Positions 15,520 to 27,747 of a stretch of 64,000 nt of DNA are shown here, piece after piece. Source of the DNA: Octopus vulgaris (lineage: Eukaryota). Made by a program: the position numbers and the translations under genes. The stretch is taken from NCBI GenBank assembly GCA_951406725.2, contig OX597815.1, positions 52,390,001-52,454,000 of the forward strand. Direction: 5' to 3'. The notes beneath the pieces are model-generated. The model did not search any database, was not told the DNA's origin, and was given only the letters and a program-made list of their open reading frames with translations. The stretch's first letter is position 1. Each line of letters begins with the position of its first letter.

Positions 15520-16680
15520 TAGTTTTCTCCACTACAGCATTTCGCCACTGGTTACGATGACTTGTCATCTCTTTCGTGAGACTCTCTCATCTGAGTTATC
15601 TTTCACCACTTCTTCCTCTTCAACAAGTTCTTTCCAGTTAGTAGCTTAAGACTTCTTCACCTATCTGACATCCTTCATATGTATCACATGTTCGTAACAA
15701 CACAGTCTTCTGTCTTTCACTTTATGAGATCATTCCATTCTGATTTTTTTTCCTTCACTTCGTTTATGCTCCGTCATTCATGCACGCTTCCATTACACAT
15801 CCTATGAAACATGATCGCTCCGTTTTATTCCAGCCTTCGCACGTCTTCAGCATTCATTGCAATGTAATATTGGACTTCTAAAATGTGCACTAATTGAGTT
15901 CGCTATGAGAATAGATTGTCACTATATTGAAGTTCCATAAGGCGGTGAGCTGGTAGAATCGTTACTGTGCCGGGCAAAATGCTTAACGGCATTTCGTCCG
16001 TCTTTACGTTCTGAGTTCAAATTCTGCTGAGGTCGACCTTTCATCCTTTCGGGGTTGATAAAATAACTACCAGTTAAGCACTGGGGTCAATGTAATCGAC
16101 TAGCATCCCCCACTCCCAAAATTCAAGCCTTGTGCCTATAGTAGGAAGGATTATATTGAAGTTCTATCAGACAGCCAATCTAGAACTCCTCTCTTTTGGC
16201 TAGAACTGAAATAAAATGAGTGAGTTGAACACTATGCAGACAGATACCTATCTTAACTAGATATACAACGCCTCTTAGTTAACGTTAGTGTCCCTGTACA
16301 TGATTTGCATAGTTCTCACAAACCATTCATCTAAAATTAGTTTAATTAACGGCTTCCGTGATACAGAACGTGGAACCCTGTCAAAGGTCTTTTCCAGAGT
16401 CAACGAATGCTTAGTATACTGGCTTGTTCATTACATCTCCCATAAGCTAATTCTATTCCTCACGTTGTCCGTCGATTATAACACCCCTGGAGTCGCTTCA
16501 TCTAGAGTATATCTTTTGCTCTTGATTCAGTTGCCGGTGATACTGCTGCACTAGTCACTGGGGATGACACATTACTGGAATACCCGACCCAGTCTGGAAC
16601 ATCCCGGTAACTATCTCTGATGGTTCAGCAGCTTTCCATGCCTTCATATCCTTAATATCTCTTTTAAACGTATAGCTGTC
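15520..16680 (-). mobile_element. Decayed RTE-clade LINE remnant interrupted by a SINE
   Basis: MKAWKAAEPSEIVTGMFQTG resembles the RT N-terminal MKxGKAxGPSGI motif; the 3' end reads LTKEMTSHRNQWRNAVVEKT. Confidence 0.6.
15939..16151 (+). mobile_element. SINE family A (tRNA-like head, Meta/MESC-like central domain)
   Basis: GGCGGTGAGCTGGTAGAATCG head, GAGTTCAAATTC B box, ctttcatcctttcggggttgataaaat core; ~16-bp TSD tatattgaagttc(c/t)at. Confidence 0.9.
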
Positions 16681-17151
16681 AACAGTGTTTGATGCGATAT
16701 AAGGCGCACCCCATTTTCAGCAGCGCATATATAGGAAAAATGATTATCAGTGCACTAAAATTTGTGGGAGACCTAACTTTGCATATTTGAACTGGAATAA
16801 TTTGTGGGGGAAGGCTTTTTTAAAAAAATATGTCTTATATGATAGATGCCCCAAAGTTTAAAGTCCACGTGGAGTAGTTCAGCCTTCTCTCATGCAGTCT
16901 TTTCATCCAACAACCTTTTATAGTCGCACTTCCATGCCTCTTTCTGTTTGGCGGTCAGTGAGCGTGAATACAACGACGTTATGATTCACACTGCTCCTTA
17001 CACCAATAATTCTATCGATAATAAACCCCAGTAGGCTTATTATTTACTACTTTTCTCCTGGAGAAGTATACACGATACCTACCTACTCTTCTAGTTACCT
17101 GAAACAGTTCCTCACTGTGCCTGTTCTTCTGCTCACACAGGCAAAATTAAT

Positions 17152-17357
17152 AATGGTTTCAAATTTAGGCACGAGGCTAGCAGGTTTGAGGAAGGGGTTA
17201 AGTAAATTAAATCGACTCCAATGTTCAACTGGTACCTATTTTATCGACCCCAAGATGAAAGACAACGTCGACCTCAGTGTAATTTGAACTCAGAACGTGA
17301 AGACGAACGAAATGCCGCTAAGCATTTTGCCCGGTGTGCTAACGATTCTGCCAGCCG
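17152..17357 (-). mobile_element. SINE family A
   Basis: Reverse complement of family A. Confidence 0.85.
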
Positions 17358-17519
17358 AGAGTACAAAATTACTAATGGTTTGTTCATAACTATAACAACA
17401 AAAATTGGTTGTATAAAATTTTCGCATTTGCCGATAGAACCGTCCTCGCCAACACCGCCCAAACCAAAACAAAACATAAACTAGGTCTCGATAGATCTAG
17501 CTAGTGAAATAACATATTT

Positions 17520-18145
17520 CCACCATGCGTTTCGATTGGTCTAAAACAGCTTGCAATCATAGAGAGTTCCGAGCATGAAAACTCTAAACCGATTTCGTGT
17601 TAAATTCAAAGTTCGCTATTTAAATCCAGTGTCTTTTGGAAACAACACACTAATTAGTGTTTGAATGGAAAAACAAAATGAAACTTCTTAAAAGACAAAT
17701 TAGCAACAATTCCTAAAATGTAGATCACAGAAAAAAAAATGTTTTTAGTGTGAACCCGTCTATGCGTGTGCGCGCAGGAAAACAACTTTTTCTATAAAAA
17801 GAATCAACACGTGCCGCAGAGAATGTGCTAATTTGAGAGATCAAAATATCGTGAATTCCTGTTAATTTTCTTTTTGACTCTGGTCCGTTCGGTATTCAGC
17901 AATCAGGTTTTATTGCAAAAGTGAGGCCCCAGCAGGTTTTTCGTGGAACATCAAGCTTTTCAAAGTAAACAATTTGGTTGGCTGAAAAAAGCCAATAAAA
18001 ACAGTCGTATCATTTTCTCAATTTTATCCAAGTAATCGGGACATTATGACAAAGGAATTCCCATTGGCGCCAAAATCTAGGCTAGTGACAATCGGCTGAT
18101 GGGAAGACGTGACACTTATCACAAGATTTGTGATAATGGCGACTG
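17520..18145. promoter_or_regulatory. Candidate promoter-like region
   Basis: Non-repetitive, CpG-retaining; CCAAT boxes near 17535, 17992 and 18063, E2F-like TTGGCGCCAAAA near 18064, YY1-like ATGGCG near 18136. Motif evidence only. Confidence 0.3.
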
Positions 18146-19120
18146 ACTGCAACACAGTATCATGTATCTTGAATGTATGTATGTGTAGTAGTAGCTTCTG
18201 CTTCACATAAACACACACACACACACACACACATGCACACACACACGCACGCACGCATGCACGCACGCACGCTCACACACGCACTAACACACACACACAC
18301 ACACCGATACAAACATTTCCTATTTCGGCACACACTGATTATTGTATAAAATATGATGTTCGAACTAATAGTGCTTTAATTCTGGTACAACACTAGAAAA
18401 CTAGTGAAGTAGTGGTAGTGACAAAAGTGTTGTGTTGTTGGCTAAAGTGGTAGCAGTGTGTATTTAACCTTTTATGACTTTTCATGGATTTTCAACAACT
18501 CCTGAAGTGGATGGCACCAAACGGTGTAGTAGTAGATAAGAAGACAATATCTACTCCTAGCAACAATTTAATTATCATAAGGTAGCATAAATTTACCACT
18601 GTTGTACTGTTGTTGCTATATTGCTATTGTTTAGCCCCAGGGTCAGATGTGATCGACTAGGTTCATAAGCAACGAGTCCTTTAAGCGGTGAACTTGTGCA
18701 CGCGTAGACATGTTTTACAACTAGCGCACAAAGGCAAATAAATGTGCGCGTAGGCTTCCAAGATAAAACCATTTTTGTTTTTAATTAAGTAGATTATGAA
18801 CCCATTATGACTAAACAATTAAGATGTTCACTTTTTCCGTCATGAGGTCTAAGGTTCGATCCATAAGTCTTGAATGAAATTAGGTTGAGGGAAACGGCAC
18901 AGAAGGCCAACATATTGTGTCTGTAATTTAAATGCCACTCCTTGTTACACTGTTGTCGTTGATTTTGTCTGTAGAATACTCAGCTATTTATGTGTATGCA
19001 TTTACATATGCATACACACATACATATATCTTATGTATACAGGTATGTGTGTGTATGTATATTTGTGTGTACATATATATGTATGTATATATACATAGAT
19101 ACAAACATACACTCACATAC

Positions 19121-19158
<38 letters not shown>

Positions 19159-19606
19159 AGTTGATTTGTTTTAGCTCCGAGGAAGTTATTGTGAGGGTGG
19201 TTTCTTCTGTTTTCAGTCGATCAATTGAGTGATTGATAAAACTGAACCATGAACGCGCCCAAAATTAATATCTGAAACAGCTGTAAGCCTATAATGAAGG
19301 AAAGAATAAATAAATAAATGTGTATAACCAATTATTTATGTGCATTTTACGTATCACTCTATAAAAACAAACCCTCTTAACTGGGTAATGCAACAGTGGG
19401 TTAACAAATTTGACTTGTGATGGACTTCGACTTCGGCTTCCAACTTCGGATTACCAGGTGTACAATACCAGTTGCAAGGCTTTTTTGTTAGCCTAGTGTA
19501 TTTGTATAGGCAGAGAGCTTAATAAGTATTTCGCTTAGATTAATATTTTTATTAACCCCACTTTTTTTCGTATTTACACACACACACATACGCACGCACA
19601 CACACA

Positions 19607-19649
<43 letters not shown>

Positions 19650-19825
19650 ACATCACTGTAGCGACCAGACTATCGGATGTTGTTATACACCCCTGGTCAC
19701 AATGCATTTTCTCGCATTGTTTTAGCTTTCGAATGACGCCGTCCTGCTGGCCAGGCGCGCAGGTCATATATATACACACACACATATACATGCTGCGCAC
19801 ACATAAGTTAGTCAGAAGAAATGAA

Positions 19826-20115
19826 AGAATTATTTCATAGTTTATTTATATTCAGGTACAGGAAGTCATCAAATTTTCCAAGGAAATGAAATGAAATGGA
19901 ATGAAGTAAAATAAAGTAAAATTAAATAAAGTGAAATATTAATGTTTACATTTAAGAATTTTTTTTTGTCTAGTATTTGGGCGTTAGAGGAAAATTCTAT
20001 TTCATTGTATGTTTTTTTGAAAATTTTATTTTTATTTTATTCCATTTTATTTAATTTCATTGGAAAATGTGAAAACGTTCTGTACCTGTATATAAATTAG
20101 AGAACAATTCCTTCA
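19826..20115. repeat. Degenerate inverted repeat
   Basis: tatattcaggtacaggaag...ttttccaaggaaat versus atttcattggaaaa...ttctgtacctgtatata. Confidence 0.55.
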
Positions 20116-20182
20116 GTATTCCAGACTAATCTTATTATTACCAATACTCTAATACACTATCAAAAACGTTTTATTCAGATAT

Positions 20183-20220
<38 letters not shown>

Positions 20221-20224
<4 letters not shown>

Positions 20225-20744
20225 CATGGAAAAATGCGAGCATGAAAAGTCATATTGTTAAGATTATAAACATAGAAAAATACAGGACAAGTTATTATAC
20301 CTGTAAAAGTATAGGACAAGCTATTACTTCTAGTAAAGTAAAGAATAAGAAATTTTTTACTTAAAATATTGCAGCAAAGAATACCAGTTCTTCTAATTTA
20401 TCACTCTTTACAGTTCTCATCTTTTAAATTTATTATACAAAACTGTTCAGCTAATTTGTAAGTTTGTCTAATTAGTTACTTTTTTCTGTATTTAAGGTAG
20501 TAAATTAGCCAAATTCTACTTAAATAAGTATTATAGTGTTATTTGTAAACTATAATAAAATAAGTTTTCATAATGAAATTTTAATTTTAACTGCAATATT
20601 TTAAGTAAAAGGTTTCTTATTCTTTACTTTACTAGAAGTAATAGCTTGTCCTATACTTTTACAGGTGTAATAACTTGTCCTGTACTTTTCCATGTTTATA
20701 ATCTTAAGAATATGACTTTTCATGCTCGCATTTTCCCATGTAAT
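20221..20744. mobile_element. MITE-like element with ~150-bp inverted arms
   Basis: 20221-20373 and 20591-20744 are near-perfect reverse complements. Confidence 0.8.
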
Positions 20745-22175
20745 CCATGATTTTTCCAGGCATAATTAATAATATATCATTTAATAATTTAAGATTTTAC
20801 CTTATAAACTACTGAAAGATAATATTTCAATTTTTCCATATAAGTGGTGATAATATTTCAATTTCTTTCGTTTTTAGTTTAAATATATGTTGTGATTGAA
20901 TTATTTGATATTACCCATCCACACCAAATTAATGACAGGGATTTTTTTACCATGTTGTTGGTTGCACCATGGCTCACCAAAAGTTACAAACGACAAAACC
21001 CCAAAACTATCAGTTACCAAGCTCACCTTAAGTAACCTAATTTTGCAATATTAGGAGGTCACAGGAATTCATTCAACGAAAAAAAAAAAAGATTCCAATG
21101 ATTACGGGATTGGGTGGGTGGGGGGAATCCCCCACCTCATTTTTTTTCCGAACCAAAATTAGGGACCTACAGCATAATAGGAGGTCAGGGTACTTGATTC
21201 AACGCAAAAAACCTTTTTTTTTTTCTTAGTGAAAATTGTGTGGGTGTTAATATAGAAATTGATCATAATGTTGTTGTGATTTAGCCTCAAATAAACCCTG
21301 ATACTGCAAACGTATCATCAAAGACATTCCAGCCTTCAGCAAATCGTCTTTTTAGGGATAATCCAGGACATTACATACAATGGGCGTGTGATTTAGGTAG
21401 GGGAATACTTTGGCTGTTATTTTTAGCATGACGAGCGACCAGGTAGAGTCTCTTTCATTGGTTCGATTGCGTGATGAGATTTTTTTTACACATATATGTA
21501 ATATGTATATATAGTATCGGCAGAAGTTAGAGAGTAAGTCAAAAGCTGAGAGTTTCGTGTATTGGCACTTCTCAAACACGATTTTGTCCATTGTCACTGT
21601 AGCTTCTGACGGAATACTTCTAAAATACCAAATTTTGTCAAAAACGTTTAGAGTAAACTCTGTTCTATGTGACACATTCTACCAGTATCGGAAGTTTGAA
21701 AGTGTGTAGTTAAAAGAGATTAATAAAATAAACTGTACGTCAAAGTCGACCAAAGGCGAAATTTGAACTAAAAAAACCTTAGGAAGTAAATAATCATTTT
21801 AGAAATATATTCTTTATTCTTATTGCTGAAGCGCTACTTCCTTACATACTTACTGACATGAAATTTCATAACATTTTATCTCGTAACATTTTTTCTACTA
21901 ATTTTTGTTCAATGTGACTAGTGATTCTGAATTCTTCATGCATTTTTCTATCATTTAAGCCTAAGAAAGGTATACTTTTCATTTAAAATTTAAAAAGTTC
22001 ATGTTAACTGCTCATCTTGAGGTCGCAGATATTTTGATGTAACTTTTTTTCTACTGAACCAAATCTCAAACTATTTATGTCAAAGTGTAGCCGAGGAGAT
22101 GTCCTCTTTAAAACTATTAACAGTTTGAAATCCTTAAAAATGTTTTAGCCCGAAGGCCGCGGCCATGCTGGGGCA

Positions 22176-22242
<67 letters not shown>

Positions 22243-22246
<4 letters not shown>

Positions 22247-22767
22247 AGATTTGTTCAAAGCATATCTGACTGTATTTTTTCCCCGCCAAATCTAATGTCA
22301 CGTGGGAAAAATCCCTTGGTTGGGAGGTGACGCCACCCTTCCAGCGCTTGTAAAAAATCTTTCGCTGTTATATGCCCAGAGTTCAGACGGATTTTCGTTT
22401 TCACCGTGTAGATCGGGCAGAAGTATTGGATTAAGTTTTGCCAAAAGCTTGGTGATACTCAAACTCAAACCATCCAGAAGATTCAGCAGGTCTTTGACGA
22501 TGATGCCGCGGTCAATACCCAGATCAAATAGTGGTACATTGGCTTCAAACATGGCCGCACATCAGTGGAGAGTTAGGCACGCTCAGGCAGACCATCGACA
22601 AACCGTAACGAGGATCCGATGAGCGAGCACTACACGCTTGTACTCTACGCGTAACAGTCAGGAACTGATGCGGTCTACCGGTGCGAAAGTTTTCACGCAT
22701 GCGTAGAAAAGGTGGCATCACCTCCCACCGAAAAGAATTTTCGCAGGCAGCATTGGTTTTTGTGGGG
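22243..22767 (+). mobile_element. Internally deleted mariner element with transposase N-terminus
   Basis: QKYWIKFCQKLGDTQTQTIQKIQQVFDDDAAVNTQIK*WYIGFKHGRTSVES*ARSGRPST (mariner HTH); inverted subterminal repeats tgggaggtgacgccacc / ggtggcatcacctccca; right end truncated. Confidence 0.85.
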
Positions 22768-22816
22768 TTTTCAGGACATTTATAAAGAGAAAGTTAGTCT
22801 TATAGCTGTTTCTGGG

Positions 22817-23550
22817 GGATCTTTTCCTTTTGAATGGCAGTTTGTAATATAATTTCTAGGTAACTAAAAAGTTTTAAACTTCGTATACTGGTAGAATGTG
22901 TTTATAAAACATCATTTTCTCTTGGTTTTATTGAGGAAATTCTATAGTTTGTAAGATATTTCGTCTGAAAATCCGAGCATTTCGGCAATATTAACCAATC
23001 GATTACATCCATTCAACTAAAATCATTTGCTGCATCTAAAACTGAGACAACATCCTGTAACTAACCCTAAACCTCCCCCTAACCCTAAACCTAACCCTAA
23101 CCCTAATTTTTTTCTTAATTGTTAAATTAATTTAATTGTTACGCGTGTAAAAAAAACTAAAGCAATGGAAAATAATTTAAAGCGTGTGTATAAAATTATA
23201 GAATTATTTTGTTTGTTAATTGTTTAAATTATTTTCCATTGCTTTAGTCTTTTTTACACGCGTAACAATTAAATTAATTTAACAATTAAGAAAAAAATAA
23301 TTTAGGGTTAGGGTTAGGGTTAGTTACAGGATGTTGTCTCAGTTTTAGACGCAACAAATGATTTTAGCTCAAAAGAGAGCATAGGATTGGTTAAAATTCG
23401 AAAAATTAAACTACGTTAAACAAACAAATTACAATTTTCTCAAGAAAGCCAAGAGAAAAAATGTTTTATTTTGACACATTCTACCAGTATACGAAGTTTT
23501 AAAGTGTTTAGTTAACTAGAAATTGTCTGCCGTTCAAAAGGAGAAGATCC
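22817..23550. mobile_element. Merlin-like foldback MITE containing telomeric repeats
   Basis: TIRs GGATCTT(T/C)TCCTTTTGAA(T/C)GGCAG; 8-bp TSD TTTCTGGG at 22809-22816 and 23551-23558; (CCCTAA)n near 23062-23106 and (TTAGGG)n near 23302-23323. Confidence 0.85.
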
Positions 23551-23835
23551 TTTCTGGGATATTAGGAATATCCCTTCATCAGAGACGATGTGAGATGGTT
23601 AAATAGAGGGAAATAGTAGAGTTCACTATAAGGGGTTTGAAAAAGGATAGAAATAAGAAGTATAAAGGGAAATAAGAGAATAAAAATAAAAAATAAAAAT
23701 ATACGTAGGATATTATATATTTTAATTTTTACTTTTATTCTCTTATTTCTCTTTATACTTCTTATTTCCACCCTTTTCTAAAATAATTCTTTATATTGAA
23801 CTATAATATTTCCCTCTATTTAACCATCTCACATC

Positions 23836-23883
23836 GTCTCTGAAGAAGGGATATTCCTAATATCTCAGAAACAGCTATAAGAC
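23836..23883 (+). ncRNA. Minimal type I hammerhead ribozyme motif
   Basis: GTCT-CTGAAGA-A-GGGATATT(cct)AATATCTC-A-GAAA-CAGCTATA-AGAC; stems I and II pair; stem III has one mismatch. Confidence 0.75.
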
Positions 23884-24375
23884 TAACTTTCTCTTTATAA
23901 ATGCCCTGAAAATTCCACACAGCGTTGGCTTTGTCTCATTTTTATTTAACATATACATGCTCATACAGAGCATTAGATAGACCGCATTAGATTCCTCACT
24001 AGTATTATTATCGAACCGAGAGTTTAATTGCGGTCCTTCGACATCACTTACATAGTCTTACCCGCCACTTTCACTACACAGTATATACTTTCACTACAAT
24101 AAGAGGTTGGTGTTGTTGAGGAAAATACAGCGAGAGAGGGAGAGAGAGTGTGTATGTGTGAAATATAGATAGATGTCGCTATACTAATTAACAAGCCTTG
24201 ATTGAACGCAGGAATTAGAGATACAAGATACGCTGTACTTGTATCTAAAACAATTAAGAGACGTGATGCGCGGCTATTCTAATCTGAGAGATTCAACTGC
24301 GAAGGGACGTCCAGTAAGCCGGCAAATGCGGTATATTGTCAATTATAATTTAGTCTTAAAAGGTGTGAAAAAATG

Positions 24376-24778
24376 GAACGGCAGTTTTTAAAAATAATTT
24401 CCACGTAACTAAACACTTTTAAACTTCGTATACTGGTAGAATGTGTTTATAAAACATCTTTTTCTCTTGGCTTTATTGAGAAAATTCTATAGTTTGTAAG
24501 ATATTTGTTGTTTTTTTCTTCAATTTCTGTAATTTCAACCAATCAATGATGTCTATTGAGGTGAAAACATGTGCTATATGAATATGTCCCTCGTTTAAGA
24601 AACAGATTGAAGAAAAAAAGATACCCTTCCCCCCACCCCTAACCCTAACCCTAACTAACCCTAACCCCTAACCCTTAAACAGATTGAAATGCAATAGATC
24701 GATACTAGGGTCATAATTATGGGTGACAATTTCATATGACACCGCTAGAAAAAACTGCCATTCAAACCGAAAAGATCC
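24376..24778. mobile_element. Second Merlin-like MITE with telomeric tract, left end truncated
   Basis: Left part aligns with 22832-23000; CCCTAA repeats near 24637-24677; right TIR ctgccattcaaaccgaaaagatcc. Confidence 0.75.
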
Positions 24779-24901
24779 ACGAAAAAAAGTCATAAAAAAT
24801 CGCGGATGATATTTACGATTCCGCGAATATGCCTTGGTTTCCGCGAAAAATTATTAGTTCCGCGAATTACCGGGACCGCGAATAAGCAGGGGGTACAACT
24901 G
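24779..24901. mobile_element. pogo/Tigger-like DNA transposon terminus
   Basis: Minus strand reads TA|CAGTTGTACCCCCTGCTTATTCGCGG with reiterated CCGCGAA motifs. Confidence 0.55.
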
Positions 24902-25671
24902 TATACATATAAACTTTGGAAGCATCGAATGTGTTCGGTATTTTGCAAACAAGAAAGTAAATTTCAAACGCAGTAAACTGTAAGAACAGAAAAAGATTGG
25001 GTATTTACCGCCATAAGAGGGAAAAACGATGCTGTGTTCGAATATATATATATACATACACACACACACACCACACACATACATACACATATAAACACAC
25101 ATGTATATATATACATCCTCTTTAAGCACTGCACTAAATGAATCTCTATCAGCCTATCACACTACCATTTTGTTGCACTGCTGTCTCTCAGCCTTGACTT
25201 GTGATTGACAGCTCCACACATTTTCCTGTAGATACAAACCTAAAAGCAGTATTTAAAACTATACTCCCTCCCTGCCACTCCGTCATACTCAACTTACATG
25301 AAACCAAAACTTTAACAGATTTGTTTTCACCGCTATCAATCTATTAGGCCTACTTTTCATTCAACATAATAGCAACTTTTTTTTATCAAAAGACAGAAAA
25401 CGAGAGAAGGAGAAGGGGATGGAGGGGCAAGAGAGGGACATAAATACTGCAAACACTTGTGTAAAAATTATCTTTCTTCGCGGCCCCTACATTCCACACC
25501 ACACATATTTTCCGTTACACCTTCTCTCTTAATAACGTTGTTTAAATATAATGATGACAGTAGCTGGTAAAGTGGTAGTAAGATGAGGGTGGTAATAGTG
25601 GTGGTGATGGTTTTGTTAATGGTTGATGTACTAGAAGTTCTGGTGGTGATAGTTGTAGTAATGCCGTCATC

Positions 25672-26028
25672 GTGGCACTCCGTCGGTCACGACGACGAGG
25701 GTTCCAGTTGATCTGATCAACGGACCAGCCTGCTCGTGAAATTAACGTGCAAGTGACTGAGCACTCTAAAGGTACGCGTACCCTTAACGTAGTTTTCGGG
25801 GAGATTCAGCGTGATACAGAGTGTGACAAGGCTGGCCCTTCGAAATACAGGTACATCAGAAACAGGAAGGAAGAGAGGGAGAAAAGTTGTGGTGAAAGAG
25901 TACAGCAGGGTTCGCCACCACTCCCTGCTGGAGCCTCGTGGAGCTTTAGGTGTTTTCTCACAACGCTCGGTCTGGGAATCGAAACCGCGAATCTGCTGCC
26001 CTAACCACTGTGCTATTGTACCTCCACG
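25672..26028 (-). mobile_element. SINE family C variant
   Basis: 25680-25855 aligns with the family C tail; tRNA-like head near 25965-26025; the central part differs. Confidence 0.7.
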
Positions 26029-26177
26029 GGAGTAATGCAACTGGTGATAGAAATGCGCAGTGGCAATGGAGGTGGTAGTTGTATTATTAATGCTTAACCT
26101 CAGGCCTGCCTTGATGGAGAAAAACTTATGATGAAAACTGTCCAAGCCACGTCCATTACCATTCTGTTTTTATTTTC

Positions 26178-26640
26178 TGTGTGGTTAAGAAGCTCCTCAA
26201 CTATTTGTTTTCTAGTTCAGTTCCACTGCGTGGTATCATGGGCAAGGGTCCTCTACAATTGTCCTGGGACGACAAAAGCCTTATGAGTGGATTACATGAC
26301 AACGTAACAGAGAGAGAGAGAGAGAGAGAGAAAACAAACCTAGGCGCAGGAGTAACTGTGTGATAAGAAGCTTGCTTCCCAACCACATAGGTTCCGGGTT
26401 CTGTCTTACTGTGTTTTCTAGTATAGCCTCGGGCCAACCAAGGTCTTGTGAGCGAATTTGGTGGACTACCGGTGTTAGTGTATTTACGTCCTCGTAACTT
26501 AGTGGTTCAGCAAAAGACATTTATGGAATAAGTACCAGGCTCAAAAATGAAGTAATGGGGTCGATTCATTCGACTAAAAATTCAAGGCAGTGCCCCAGCA
26601 TGACCACAGTGTAACGACTGAAACAACAGATAAAAGATAA
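26178..26640 (+). mobile_element. Two adjacent family B SINE pieces
   Basis: Heads at 26178 and 26343; tail ggcagtgccccagcatgaccacag. Confidence 0.75.
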
Positions 26641-26650
26641 ACAAGGAAGT

Positions 26651-26687
26651 CTTTAATGTTTCGAGCCTATGCTCTTCTACGGAAAAG
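26651..26687 (-). ncRNA. Degenerate hammerhead-like motif with variant core
   Basis: Minus strand: TTT-CCGTAGA-A-GAGC(atag)GCTC-GAAA-CATTA-AAG. Confidence 0.4.
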
Positions 26688-27546
26688 AGAGATGAGGAAA
26701 AACAATTTAGAGAAAAGAACAAGCGTGTTTCAGATGGTCACCGCACGATATATATGTATTTATATATCCATCGGTGTCTTTGGTTTTGAGAAAAAGAATT
26801 GAAATCGATTTATTGGACTATATTCGTCAAGGCGGTAGACCAGCTCGGCCGCACTAAAACAAATAAAGATATAGGCACCGGGTCGCTGTGTGGTAAGAAG
26901 CTTGCCAGAGATGGTTTTTAAAATGAGAATATCTGAAATACACTCATCTGCTCTTATAAATGAGAATACTAAAAATGAACCCACCGCTCTCAAAAATTAA
27001 GTAAAAAACAAACAAACAAAAAAAAAAAAACAGGAAAAATAACCTAGAATTCTTGTCCGGTACCGGATCGATCCCAAAATCTGTTCAGTTCGTGCCAATT
27101 TCGTGGCCAAACATCCTTATAAGCTTCATCCGAATCCATCCAGCGGTTCTTGAGATATCTTGTCTACGGAGAAACAAACAAACACGACTGAAAACAATAC
27201 CTCCGCCTTCGTTATTCAATATGTGAATAGAGGAAGATTTGGCTGCTATTTCTAACACGCCCAGCGACCATGTAGAGGTTCCCTTTGTAGTTCATTAAGG
27301 GTATTGTTGTGGCTGCAATGGCGTTGGTGTTTAGACGAGGGTGTATTAAGTGTATGTGTATGTGACTTGTAGGCCCTAAAGTTCAATTAATAACTAAATT
27401 CTGGTTGAGCAGATTGTGATTTTCTCATATCCACTTCTGCCTCACACTTCACCTCACACTTTGAAATGTCTCTCCCTCCCCTTACCCTCATGCTTTTGTA
27501 GTCATGTGAATCTTTCATCACAAAAAAATGTCAAATGTCACGAGGT

Positions 27547-27698
27547 TGCCGTCTCCGCCGTCTGCACCAGCATCATCGCCGCCGCCGCCGCCGCCACCAC
27601 CACCGCCACCACCAGCACCAGCACCAGCACCAGCACCAGCACCAGCACCACCACCACCACCACCACCGCCGCCGCCGCCGCCACCACCACCGCCACCA

Positions 27699-27730
<32 letters not shown>

Positions 27731-27747
27731 GCCACCACCGCCGCCGA
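27547..27747. repeat. GC-rich (GCC/ACC)n and (AGCACC)n repeat
   Basis: Directly visible; open in several frames as homopolymeric peptides. Confidence 0.9.

Larger units (their letters stand above)
22761..23919. mobile_element. Palindromic non-coding element with a hammerhead motif in each arm (Penelope pLTR-like)
   Basis: After removing the insert at 22817-23558, the ~200-bp left arm is the reverse complement of 23715-23919; centre near 23708. Confidence 0.8.

Noticed and set aside
23062-23323. Telomere fusion site
   Set aside because: Tracts are short, oriented CCCTAA then TTAGGG, and lie inside a TSD-bounded MITE with a second copy nearby.
24799-24885. CRISPR-like spaced CCGCGAA repeats
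   Set aside because: Repeats are 7 bp, irregular and subterminal in a transposon end; the context is eukaryotic with no cas genes.
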